DNA of 56,680 nt, the filler included, from Sphacelaria rigidula (taxonomy: Eukaryota): NCBI GenBank assembly GCA_964200075.2. It is 6 parts of 6 records of this genome, joined end to end, with 100 filler letters (N's around TTAATTAATTAA, not from the genome) between each part and the next. Parts side by side here need not be neighbours in the genome. Positions count along the whole stretch, not along the records: positions 37,856 to 47,218 come from CAXNAA020008673.1; positions 47,319 to 56,680 come from CAXNAA020008674.1; 4 more parts are not named here. One strand, 5' to 3'. This document shows positions 37,962-50,150 of the stretch, piece after piece. Position 1 is the stretch's first letter. Each line of letters begins with the position of its first letter. The notes under the pieces were generated by a model. It saw nothing but the letters and a program-made list of their open reading frames with translations. It was not told the DNA's origin and searched no databases. The position numbers and the translations under genes were made by a program.

Positions 37962-40900
37962 TGGGGGGTAATATTTTCGGCATTTATGTGACGCACGAAT
38001 AAATTGGAACAATTTAACGCCGAGCTCCGGTGGTCCAACCGATGCATCTTGCCCATTTTGAAGCCAACCAGGCTCTCAGCCCATGGTGCAGGTTGGGGTG
38101 ACTAATATTCTCGTGCTTGTGCATCCCTCCAACTATATCGTAGTGAACGACCTCGTACTCATGTCTTTTCTCTCTTCTGTATGCACAAATGAGCGCGACA
38201 GACAGCAGTACTCCCACCTGGAAGTAAATTACGCTACATGTGCCGCCTCAACACGATGCCCCGGAAACACACGGCCCGTGATGTTGGGCAGCGTACACCT
38301 ATCCATACCGCACCCATCCATACAGCAAGCACTGTTTGATATACGCAGCAGCTGTCGACATTCTGATGCGGCGCCCGAACCTCCCGCGAGGTTTTCCGTG
38401 TTGGCAAATGAATGATGGAACACCTAAACAAATCGTGATGCTGGCCACCAGGACTGTGCTGTACTGCGCATTTACAGTGCGGGATGCATGATAACCTCGT
38501 GCACGGTAAAACCCGTGGACATACCGTCGGTGTTGCTGCTGTCCTGTGTGTGCTTGTGCAACACGAGGCTGCTACCTGCGACACGACAGAGCATTAAAAG
38601 CGCTAGGTGCGACGTGTGGTGGTGATCGGCGACGTCCATCAGTCGTAGCGTGCAAGCGATCTTCTGGAAAGGAGGGTGCTGCTTGCTTCTTGTGTTTTTG
38701 TTGGACGTAAGATATCAGAACAGTGGGGGATTCGAATATTGCTCGCTGTTATTACAGTGTAGGTTCTGAACCCTAGAACGTGCCCGGTTGAGCACTGTAC
38801 TAAATCCAAGTAAATTACGGTAAAAGTTTCCCTCTTTTGAAACCGAGCATCCCGAATTAGACAAATCATTATGGGGCGCCATCGCGCCATTATAGACGTT
38901 ATTTCAAGAGACGGGGTAAACCTGCCACTGTTTGGGCAGTCAGCAACCACCGTCTCGAAATAGAAGCGCCTTTCGTGTTTTTCGTAATGTTCGACACTAC
39001 ATTACAATCACCACCTCCGAGAGGTCCAATTGGTCGTTCGGAGGGTCTGGCTTCCAAGAGCTTTAGTACGTGTCGTATCGAGACCAAAAACAGAAGCGGG
39101 AAGAAAGAAGAACCATCCAAAGCAGCATGTTCATTCGTCGCCGCAACCATAGACCCGCCCGGCGATATATCAACATGCTGCGTGTGGACGGCTGTTCCTC
39201 TTCGCGTCTTTTTTTTGGTATTTTGTAGGTAAGACACGGCCTTAGGCTACTTCTTATGTATCAAAAAATGAAACTTGTTGAGAAGTGCGCTTTTGGCCCG
39301 TCTCCGTCGTTTTTCCTCCGAAAAAAGGGCTAGGCGGATGTTGACACCTTGGAATGACTTGCTCTACTTGCTGAGACGGTTCCAGAGCACCTTTGCGTTC
39401 CCCGTAGGTCACGATTTCGTTCTCGGCCAAACTTGCATTTTCAATAACAAACGGTAAAGCTCCCAAAAAAATGTCAGATTCCCCCCTGTTTTTTTTATAA
39501 CTTGACCATTTGTTGTTGCAAATGCAAGTTTGGCCAAAAACAAAACTGTGACCTGCGGGAAACGCAACGGTGCTCAGGAACCGTCTCAGCGAGTAGAGCA
39601 AGTCATTCCAAGGTGTCAACATCCGCCTAGCCCTCTTTTCGGGAGGAAAACGATGGAGAAGGGCCAAAAATGCACTTTTCAGTAAGTTTTATTTTTCGAT
39701 ACATAAGAAGTAGCCTTACGCTGGATATGGTTACGAGTTCAAATCGCGACGAACGCTTTTTTTTCCAACAACTGTCTGATTTCCGTCTCTGTGAAGGCGA
39801 GAACATGAGGATCAGGGGGAAAAAATACGAAAATCAACGTGGTGCGAGCGAGGGTGTTGTAGTACGAGGTCGATAGTTAGCACATGAGGTTGTAGAGGGA
39901 CTCTCTCGCGAAGGCTTTACGCACGCTTCATGTTTGCGTTTCACCCGTGTACATAACGCGGCAGCAACGCAAAAAGAGCTTCGAAAATACAAAGGGAGTA
40001 GTGATCGTGGCCGACGCGGCTCCTGTGCATCAGCTGCGTTTCGTGTTGTGCGACGCGCACATGAAAGCATCCATCCAGGCCCACGCACCGAGGACATCAT
40101 CGTTTTATCAGCGAAATACCTTATTCCGTAGCACGGAATACCAAAACTATCACTCAGCGTCAGGAAAATCTGTCCACTTGTTGAAATTGACGCAGATGAC
40201 TCCCGCCGCTGTCGTCAGGATGCATCTGTCCACACCGAAAACCGGGGGCTCAAAACGGATTTCCTCTTGGAAAAAGAACGCCTCCTCGAAAACATGAGCT
40301 AGACTTCTACACCTGCCACACCCTTTCACGACAGCGGCAGCTTTTGGGGGGCCGTGAATCATTATCCAGCAGCTTCATATTTGTCTCCCTGAGAACACAA
40401 ATCACCCCTTACTCATGTATATAACCTACCTGAACAGGGTTACGCTTGTGAAATAGGTACCCTTCCACGAGAGGGGTACACGCGAATAACGACACTACGG
40501 GTATGAGCAGGGAGCCAAGTAATTGCCTGCCACCCATGAAGCTGAGCGGGTACTCCTCTTTTGGACTTCGTTTGACTCGGGGAGGACACAGTTCTCTTCT
40601 ACAACATGCAATCAACTAACGAAAATAAGCGGACAACGCTGGTGGCGAGCCCCCCCCCGCGCGCACGAAATACAGTATGATCTTTCGACGATATTCATTC
40701 TGTACTCATGCAAAGGCTCAAGTTGTGCAACCCTTGACCGCACAGCTATCTATCCATTGGTTGAGTCGGCATCCTGTCCACTCAAAAAATGACTGTTGGG
40801 CGTTGGTTCACATCCGCAGGCGCACGAGTGGTTGAAAGGGGGTTCTGATGAACATTGCCAAGGTACAAGTTCTTTGTCCCTGACCCGGCTGCCTCTTCAG

Positions 40901-41000
40901 CAAAACCTCTCGCCCACCAGAAAAGTGACGCCCCAGCTATCATGACCTTTACACACGCTGGACAATGAGTAGATTGTTTTCGCCCGTGTTGCCTCCTGTT
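37962..41000 (-). pseudogene. decayed KDZ (Kyakuja-Dileera-Zisupton)-type transposase with CxC region
   Basis: Ordered minus-strand motifs: HCPAC (about 40960), PLVEGYLF (about 40470), VFEEAFF (about 40285), CPRCVGLDGCFHVR (40096-40055), NTDGMSTGFTVHEVIMHPAL*MRS (38535-38465), EVVHYDIVGGMHKH (about 38155-38115), LGVKLFQFIRASHKCRKYYPP (38024-37962). Confidence 0.55.
39245..39715. mobile_element. 471-bp PIF/Harbinger (Tourist-like) MITE, almost wholly palindromic
   Basis: TTA|GGCTACTTCTTATGTATC...GATACATAAGAAGTAGCC|TTA with about 215-bp arms. Confidence 0.9.
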
Positions 41001-41634
41001 CAGGGTGTGGGCTTTTGGAAAAGCGGAGATTATCGACAAGAAATCAAGTGCTTGCCTCGCGGAGGTGAGCCTGTGACAAATCCAGGATATCAAGTTCACG
41101 TATCCGCCTACAGTATCGGCCCGCGATCACGAAGGTTGCCTTGAAGAAAACGAGAGATTTGGGAAAAATGAAGGTCTCCAGGCTGGGCACTACCTGAGTG
41201 TCGGCTGAACAGGATCAACAGCGTAATATCCCGCTCGCACAGAAGAGGAAAGTCAGGCTGAGTCTGTTTTCTGGTTCCTTGAAGGCGGGCCGATACGAGA
41301 GTTGGCAGAAAGTGCTTTCGTCGCAACTATGTGAGACTTATCAAACGGCATTCGTCGAGCACATGAGACTCGTTTCTACAGTGATTCTTGTTTTGCAGTT
41401 TAGGCCGTTGACGAATTCAAGAGGAACCAACAACCGCGCAGGCGACTGCGCCGAATAGCACTGCGGCGACATCGACACCTTCGGACTACCTCTTCGAAAC
41501 GTACAACGCACCACCTGTCGCCACGGTGACATTAACGAACAGTCGACAGTAGAAAAAATAATTGTCAGTGGTTACATTACCAAACAGAACGTTCGTGAGA
41601 TGAAGGGCATGTTTTCCCGTAGAGGATCAATAGA

Positions 41635-41930
41635 TCGCAATTTTAGAGCAACTGCTTACCTACCCATTGAGGGCTTTCACAGCGGAAAATGAACAAACAC
41701 CTACCCTGTGTCAAGAACGGGGAAAAAAAATCGTGTAAGATAATCACCGAGATGTGAGGCGAACGGTCTGGAAAAAGGTGAAACCTTTTACCTTATGAAT
41801 CACGGCGAAATAAACAAAAAAACTCGATTCCAACGCCCAAAACAGTCAAAGTGGCCGCATTTTTTAATGGGATTTTTCAATTCCGCTGTGAAAGCTCTCA
41901 ATCGGTAGTCTTGGTCTCTCAAATTGCGAA
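41635..41930. repeat. inverted-repeat MITE-like element
   Basis: ATTGAGGGCTTTCACAGCGGAA is inverted at TTCCGCTGTGAAAGCTCTCAAT. Confidence 0.6.
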
Positions 41931-42924
41931 AAACCTCTGATTCTATATTTGGAAATTTTGGAGACATATTCTCCACCTCACGAACATTGTGTCATCAGTG
42001 ACATGGGCCTTCTTCTAGCAAGGCCTCGCCTCCGCAAGTGCTTTAGCCCCAAACTTTCGATATGTTTTGAAACGTTGACATTGTTGACGGACAATTTCAC
42101 TGCTCACCTTGAACAGACACGCCTCGGAAATTTTGGGGAAAATAAATTTCGACAGTCCGAACGGTTGGCCGCAAGCCCCTTCGATTCAACATTTTACGAT
42201 AGTCAATTCCAACGTTACCGTGGAAGTCATTTTGTATTTGAGGCTGTCAACACCTAGCGCACGTGAGGCCGGGGTGTTGCAGTCGGCGACATCCACTTCG
42301 TCCGAACAGCAATACACTGCTACGAAGGTGTCACTAACATGGAATCTTGCTACATGTCGCGCGCGCTGGAAATGAAGGATCGTACCAAACACGAATCCAG
42401 CGACCACAGCGACTGCTAAAGACGCGATCGTGGTCACGGAAAACGGCATAATACAAGTATCACACCCCAACCGGTGGCAACTACGACGATAAAACTCCGT
42501 GTCATGGTAGTTCGATCGCGAAAGCAGTGTGACATCCCACCTGATTCGATCCGCATCAAGTGACCCCCCCCGCCCCACACACACCGCTGGCGAGTCAGAC
42601 TAAAACCGCCCTCTCTTTTCATCATACCAGAAGCTGCCAGTGAGGTAGGTCCGTCACGCACCCCCGGCAGTTCAAAAACGTACGACAAAACACCACAAAG
42701 GCAGGCGGGATTCATTTTGCACGTGGACACTCGTACCCCTCGACCCGCAAAAATTGTCGCAACCACACCGCAATTGATGGAGCACTGTTTCGAATCAACT
42801 GACTTGCGAGCACAGCACTTGCTGTCACGGAGTTTCAGGTACTCGAATACAGAGAGAGCACGAGGGGCGAGAGCACGGGCGAGCCCAGCGTGCTTGGGAA
42901 AAACGGATTTGCAGGTGACTCAAA

Positions 42925-43200
42925 TCGGACGCCTCCGACGGGCGCCAAAAAGAAGACGTCTCCATCGCTTCACGGGGGTGCCAAAAAACGGCAGACGCCT
43001 CCATCACGTCAGTCGGCGCCAATACAGGGAGCTCCCCATCACCTTACTGGATGCAAAAAAGATAGCATAGGCCTCCCATCACTTCACTGAGTCTCAAGAA
43101 AGCGATGACACCAAAATTGCACTTGGTGGGGGAGAATGATAAACCCTTCCACCCGTTCTCCGGGTGCCACAAAGCAGACGCCTCCATCAACTAACAGCAT
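42925..43200. repeat. degenerate about 40-bp tandem repeat (GACGCCTCCATC..GCCAAAA)
   Basis: Five or six diverged copies. Confidence 0.55.
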
Positions 43201-43559
43201 CGTCACACTACACGGTGATCCCTGTATGGTCAGCCGAACCAATCACCGCCCCTACACCCTACACCGCACGTGATACCGCACACATTAGCAATCTCCGGAG
43301 CTCGGTGCATATGATTGTTCACCGGTATTCACCGACGCAGTCTACGCGAATCGAACCCGACTGGTATCGTCAACATAAATACGAGTATGAAGACAGAACA
43401 GATGACCAAAACCTCCCAACGCCCACGTGTGTCACACGATAACTCCCACTCGTGCACGGCGCGATGCTCTGCTGTCCCAAACCCCCAATTCAGTGACACT
43501 CAAGCCTCCCCGCAGAGCACCCATCTAAATGCCCATCTCTCACGACCCCAAACCGATTT

Positions 43560-45070
43560 GCAGCGATGCCCACGCATTCTACACTTGGAATAATGATTGC
43601 GAGACCAAACCATATCTGCCTGTACCAAACCCCGACAAAAAGCTCCCACAATTCGAAGTCGCTTTCGATCATCGTGATACGGGTCTACCCCAGACCCCCT
43701 TCCTACCCTGACACCAAAACTTGATGCCAAGTCACTTCATTTCCTCGGCATTGGTGAACCCTGCTAGCATCTGTCACCGGTGAGGCACTGAGACGGCCGC
43801 GGGGCGTCACGCGGCCTTGCCTTGCTTCCCACCCCCAACAGCTGCGATCCGCTCCGGGCACGGAGTCCCCACTCCCTACCCCCCAGCCCCCCTGCCCCAC
43901 GAGGAGTGGACACCACGCCGTCAGTAACCACCAGGATCCGATGCCTCGCCAATACCTCCGAAGCGTCAAAGACTTCTCGCAATTTCCTCTTTGTCTACCA
44001 CATCTGCACTGACCACGCCAGGCGTGCATTTTTGTCCAAGCCATCCCGACGCAGCTTGAGAGACAGCTGTTGGATGCCGTCCGCTAGCTCTTCAATCATG
44101 GAACCGCTCGCCGCCTCCGCGCCTTCGGTCTGACGTCGCAGCACTGCAAAGTAGGCCTTCGCTTCCGCGTGCGTCTCAGCGCTTGCTTCCTGTGCGAGGA
44201 CTGCATTTCGACCCTTGGCCACTGGTGCATCTTCTCCTTCCTCTCGCACAACAGGCCCAAGGACGAAGCTCATAAGAGCATGGCAGCGTGTGCACTGATC
44301 CAAGCTTAAAGAGGGTTTTAGTTTGTCCGACCCCCACACTACCTTGAGCAAAGCATGCGAGCCTACCCCACATGACTGACATAAGGCAGTCGAGCCGAGC
44401 CTCCAAGTAATCGGCACACGAAGCCGCTTGCGGGGTAGGTGTTGGGTCAGGTTTCCTCCTTCCGTCAAGGAAAAAGAAGGAAAAACGAAAACACGCGTAT
44501 TTACCCAGTGCCCCTCACGGTGGGCGGTCGACTTTGGAGGCTGTTCCCATGCCGCCCGCGACACTTGTGCGAGCCCCAACGGCACCATCGGCGATGACGG
44601 CATCGTCGACGTCGACTCCTCTCATCAGCTACATCAGATCGTTGTACAGGAGGACATCAACACCCCTGACAGAACTCCCACTATGAAACAGTGCCGGAGG
44701 ATTTCACACTCTCGGCCGTGCTCCCGCTATTCAGCGTGCCAAAGTTTCCCGTGATGAAAAAAATTGAAGTTGTCGTCGAATGCAGCCTTGGCTGCTTCCA
44801 CGTAGAAGGCGTGCCTCCGGTCGACCGCCTTGCGATCGTGCTCGCCGCAGGCTGGTTGCCCAAAGCTGACGCGAAGTCTGGATCACCTCTCGTATGCCAT
44901 GATACACAATAGGCGACACGATACACCGACACTCGTCTTCGGCACGTCTCCCGCCTTCTTTCCCTTCGCCTTTCCCATTCGACTTCTCGTGGCTAACCCG
45001 GGAGCAGTTGATCTATTCGGGCGCCAGTCCTGATTCTTCTCTGTATTTTGCAGCGTTTGAAAAGAGTCTT
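43560..45070 (-). pseudogene. decayed Ulp1/SUMO-protease-like (C48) peptidase
   Basis: Ordered frame-broken motifs: VLLYNDLM*LMRGVDVDDAVI (44655-44593; cf. 'DL..L....WL+D.VI'), RVFVFPSF (about 44495-44470), TSNCGSFL (about 43659-43636; cf. 'DCG.F'). Confidence 0.4.
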
Positions 45071-46026
45071 GACGAGGGACCCATCTCTTGCATCTTGTAC
45101 ATTGGTGAGCGCGTCGTCGCGCAGCGGCCCGTACTTTGGGCAATCCCCCCTCCCTTCGTGTGCGCGTGCACAGTGCGTCATGGCAAAGTCGCGCCGGCAC
45201 GTTGGTGCCCGCAACAGGTGGTGCGCGTGGGGGGCTGGCTGGTCGGTGCGGCGGGCGCGGTCACGAACTGGTGGTGTCTTCAGGGAAGGAGGGCAGCCGG
45301 GCTGTGGCACAGCCGATGCGGTGCGCGAGGATTGGCCGCGCAGGCGGCGCAGTCCCCCCCATGTCGATGGGGAGCATTGATCTGCGTGCAACGGTCGGTG
45401 CGCGCGGTCGGCAGTGCCTATCGCGGCGATTGCGGAGAGGGAGGAGCTTCAATCAGTCTTTGCTGCGACGGGATGAGTAAAGGGGGTATACGTGGCAGAA
45501 TGGCAGTGATAGTGGCTTCGTCCTGTGCTGAGCGCGGACACCTAGATTGCTTTCAAACCGTTGTATGCAGCCGGTGATAAGGGACGGTACAGCAACAGCA
45601 CCAGCGGTTCACATTAAAACAGGCGGAATAGGTAAAATGAGACGATATAACCTACCTGCCCGCGAGGGAGAGCATGCTTCAGGTGCGCAACCACTGCGTT
45701 AAAAGCATCAACAATGCACATGCATAGTAGAGAGAGGGTATGTTTGTTCTCTGCATATATGTGAGCGATTACCCCAGTGGATGTCAGCGCACACCACTTG
45801 TCAAGTATGAAAAGCACGTATCCCACAAAATCGGGTCAGAAGTGAATGCAATACGGTGTTCTATTTGCTCTCCACTTTTAGCCCAGAACTGGTCAGGGGT
45901 TGTATGTACACTTGACTTTTGGCGCACTTGACTTCTGGCGCAGAATCTATGAGAGGTTCTCAAGCATTCATTTCGATACAGATATCGCGTTTTGTGAGTT
46001 TTGAATCTGGGTCTTCTTTTTTTTTT

Positions 46027-46130
46027 GCTAGCCTGTGACCACGGAAGGCGTCCGCATCAGATGCCCAGTACGGATGTACCGCGCAGATATCGGAACGGTT
46101 TTTAATGTAAAGACAACAACAACAACAACA
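46027..46130 (+). mobile_element. short retroposon 3' fragment with (CAA)n tail
   Basis: Near-identical to 19010-19120. Confidence 0.8.
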
Positions 46131-46224
46131 TACTGGGTATCCACATGTTGATGTTGATGGGCGATTCTCTTTAGAAAAACAAAGGTAAAACCCGCACGTT
46201 CCATAGGTGCTCTCATGTCACCTG

Positions 46225-46780
46225 GGGGACGGGGGGTGAGGGGGGGGAGGAGTACTCATGATCTTGCATGCCATAGTCATATGACCATTAAGCTCGCATC
46301 CCTACAAAGCCGGGACGGAGCACGCCGGGTTTTCGCCGGACGAGGATCGCAATCAATCACCAAGTGCGAAGCGCCGTCGGGTGTTCGGCAAGTCGCATGA
46401 AGGGTGAGCTGCATCCTGCTGAGGCTGAGACAGCCCGGCCTGAAGCGTACTGATTTGTCTCGCATTTGGATGACAGCCTACAATGACTTGCTCTATTTTT
46501 TTATATCGCCACGTCCAGAGGCAGCCACGGCTTATACACAGCCTCATGGGTGTCTCACCAATTAGACATAACGTCGTATGACCACCTCCTTTTCGCTGAG
46601 TTGAGGTTTACCCACCCCGCACAACATGATCTAGCTCGACCACCATCACGGTTACCGCAAAAAAAACGCAAGCGCGCAAAAAAAAACGGTAACCTGGTTG
46701 CCTACCTTACGCAGTGAGTGGCGTGTTCTACAACGCCATCGCCAACCGATGCCAAATCCGTAGGGGGTAGAGTGGGGGGG
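46225..46780 (-). mobile_element. family-R retroposon, near full length, G-runs on both flanks
   Basis: Homologous to 4720-5225; 3' end GGTCATATGACTATGGCATGCAAGATCATGAGTACTCCT(C)n. Confidence 0.8.
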
Positions 46781-47136
46781 GTTCACGGGTTCGAGTGCAA
46801 GGTACCACAAGACCAAAACATTCGCACGGGGCAAAAGAAAACTCCGGCGGTTGTTGTACCAACTGTTCAGGGTGCTCGCCCGCCACGAACGGGCTCTTTG
46901 AACGTGTCGGTGCTCACGACATTGAACACGCCACAACGTGATAATGGAGAGTGTTCGCAAACCTGACATGGGAGTCCAAGATATGTTGATCGATATTTGC
47001 TCAAACCAACGACCCACCGCCGCAGCTTTTGGTCGATCCTTTACCGACAGTCAGCAGAGGGCGCTCCGGAGGCGGAAATGCGGATAATCGGGGTGTTCGA
47101 CCACAAAACACTGAACCCAAGGGGTTCGTCAACTCG

Positions 47137-47218
47137 CCCCCCCCCCCCCCCCCCCCCCCCACCCACCCCGCCCCCCCCCCCCCCCCCCCCCCCACCCGTA
47201 CCCCCCCCCACCCACAAC
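47137..47218. repeat. poly(C) tract at contig end
   Basis: About 80 nt, almost pure C. Confidence 0.9.
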
Positions 47219-47318
47219 NNNNNNNNNNNNNNNNNNNNNNNNNNNNNNNNNNNNNNNNNNNNTTAATTAATTAANNNNNNNNNNNNNNNNNNNNNNNNNN
47301 NNNNNNNNNNNNNNNNNN
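47219..47318. other. artificial contig linker
   Basis: N44-TTAATTAATTAA-N44. Confidence 0.98.
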
Positions 47319-49164
47319 AGGGAAAGCACGGCTTTTGAGTTGAACCTCATTTTGTTTTTCAATCCCATTTTCAAAAATCGGCTGTTAAGTGGAAAATACG
47401 CCCCCCCCCCGAATACAAACCATAAGAAATGGTCTAAGGGTTATTAACAACGAGAGGCTGTTCTCTTTCAGACGTTTCAAACTTTTCATACTTTCTCGGG
47501 AACGGAATTACCTCTCCGAAAAATGTAAACACAGATTTCTCCACCAGTTCAAGGTACAATAGAACAACTTCAGACTGACTACATGTTACTCGGAAAACCT
47601 AACGATTGATTTTTTCAGTAGCTTTTTATTTAAGTTGGAACATTTCGTAAGTTTGAAAAAGAGTGCCACTATTTTAATAACGACCATAACAAGACCCCTG
47701 GCATGATACAGGCGGCGCAGATGCTCCGACGCCGCCATTCTAGATTGCTTCTTGTTGCGTTTGTGCATATATTTAACGATATCTGGGCAACTCACGGTGC
47801 TACTGCACGTACTCTGTTACAACATGCGTTAGCTCCATGTGTAGTTGTGCGGCAAACCAACTGAGTGCTCATCATGGCTAGAAAATTAACCGACCTCTCG
47901 TCCCCTTTTTCTGGTGTTAGGTGAGGGCACCGTGTGCAGCCCGGGTTGTATCCGCGCTCACACCTGACATGAACTTCCAGGGGGCGCATGGGCACCAACA
48001 CTTCCAGCATAATCAGCGTTCGTCACACCTCGTTGCTTTGGAGCACTTGGTTGAAAGACAAGAGATAATGCATCTGGGGGAGTGTCGGGCTCGCCGAAAG
48101 GCAGAGGAGGGAGCTAATATAATCAGCAGGCGATTTCGTCTCCTGGAGGTGAGAGGAGCAATTGGATATCTGATGTGACTGCTTCATGTGCCATGTGTGT
48201 GTGTGTGTGTCGGTATTTCCGTGCATGATGTTCTCGAACTTCTGCCTGTTACAAATCCCGTCAAACTAAGAGTTACATGTTGCAACAACGCCAGACGACT
48301 TCTTACAGGACCCAACATGCAATCGTACCAAATCGGCTATTTCCTTGGAGGGTAATATTCTCCCTGGGGTTGGAGTGGCAGGACCGTAGTTCCTCTGGAA
48401 ACCGTCTTAGGATCACAGGTCGGGGCTCGAATTCAAAGAAATGAACTGTGGTCCATCGACCTCAATCCCAGAGAGGGAACCGCCTTCAACTGTACCTGGA
48501 ATAATGATAGTAGACAATTCAAAAGGATTGATACGAAATGACAAAAACGGACAGTTGGGTCGTGTACCGAAACCGAACATAAAAAAGACACGGTGAATTG
48601 ATTTATGTTCGTATGTCTCAGTAAGAGTAGTGAAAGCTCCAGATATCCCCTCGAAACTAAATAATGTAACTGTGGTTTGTCAACTTCGATTTGGAGACGA
48701 AAAATGCTCTCAAGGGTCTGAAGTGATTGATTTTGCTCGATATAACTTTTTGGCTTCAGGAGCAACAGGAAGAGTTGTTGCCCTTACTTTTTGGTGTGCG
48801 TCGGGCGAGAATCGTGCTCGGCTATTCCGCTGTCTATAGCTGTGGGTCGCTATTTGTATCTAGATATGCAGCAGTCTCTTGGTTCTAGGGCTAGCCCCTT
48901 TGGAGCAAATGATGTCGTCTCGACCGCTTGCGAACCCAAGCTACTCAGTAGCACCCCAGACTATTGTACGAGAAAGTCGTATGAAGGACAAACGCCAACG
49001 ACTAGAATCATGGAAATGTGGGTACCCGTACTCGTACTTGAACGAGCAACATGCACCCTCCCGGCATTCAGTGGCTGAATTCTATCCAATCGTACGCTCT
49101 TGCAACATGTGTCTGTTTTCTGTCATGTCATTTTTCAAATATATATATGTTTTTATATCGTTTT

Positions 49165-49722
49165 CCGCTATCATCTTTCGCTATATGTGGGCGCACCAGC
49201 CATGGTCACACAGGAGGATGACCAACAAAGTTCTTTTTCTTTCTTTTTTGTGTGTGTTTCAGAACTCCAGCTTCCTTCTGCGGTGCTTGCTTTTTATTTT
49301 TCATCGCGAAAGGGGTTCAGCAGTCTCTTTCTCTCGTCGACCCTTGAGTCGAATTTTGTGTACCCACGACAAAGTCGCTCTCCACGGTTGGGCATTGTGT
49401 GAGAAAAAATCCCAGGTCGCTCCGAGATTGGAAGGCACGATCCAACCGACAGGAGCTTTCACACGTCGGACAAGCCATCTCATATAACCCATGTTCGTAC
49501 AACCCAACTATTGAGGTATACTGTGTATCCCAGCGGTATCTATTTCCACTGGCAGGGCTATATTGTATGGCTCAGCGGTACCATTTTCCACCAGCTGAGT
49601 TACATGGTATAATCCAGCGGGATCTTTTCCCTCTGAATGAGTCATAACACAGAAATGAGTTACCTCATGAGTTGTCCCACGTGTGGAAGGTTTCGAGGTT
49701 GCCAAGTGAGCCACTGGGGCGG
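49165..49722 (-). mobile_element. tRNA-derived SINE family B, split by a hAT-type MITE
   Basis: 49180-49459 plus 49686-49720 match the reverse complement of 53120-53410. Confidence 0.75.
49460..49685. mobile_element. 226-bp hAT-type MITE
   Basis: CACACGTCGGACAA...TTGTCCCACGTGTG termini; degenerate 8-bp TSD GGAGCTTT/GAAGGTTT. Confidence 0.65.
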
Positions 49723-50150
49723 CCGGCAGGGGATACGCACAGCGTTTCCTGCTGCGTGTGTGTATGTATTGTGTGCAGCAAATATCACCTTAGCTTCACA
49801 GACTGTTCGTTGTGCCTACAGTACCAAACGTGGTGACAGTGATACTGCGACTCCTTCGACAAATATACGAACATATATCCACATATGAACGGGGCTGCGA
49901 CACGCAGCATATGGGTTGTCGAGCGATCGTGCTAGTTGTGAATTGCCGAGTGCTCGAGCAACGAGGAGGTACAGCTTTAGTACCGTTTTCGGTCAAGCAC
50001 CTCCATGGCATTAGGCCAACTTGCCCAAACGACTTTGCTGTGAAAGGGCCCACTGTTACTGCTTCAATATTTTTCCAACTAGGTCACCAATTCCATCCTG
50101 TGCCCTGCCTGTCCTCCCTCTCCCCAACTGCACATCACCAAATGCAGCAG

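Noticed and set aside
46997..47274. Poly-Pro/Gly ORFs
   Set aside because: Poly(C) tract running into the N linker.
9366..47318. Regularly spaced TTAATTAATTAA motif as a biological periodic element
   Set aside because: Always embedded in 44+44 Ns; it is a synthetic linker between size-sorted contigs.
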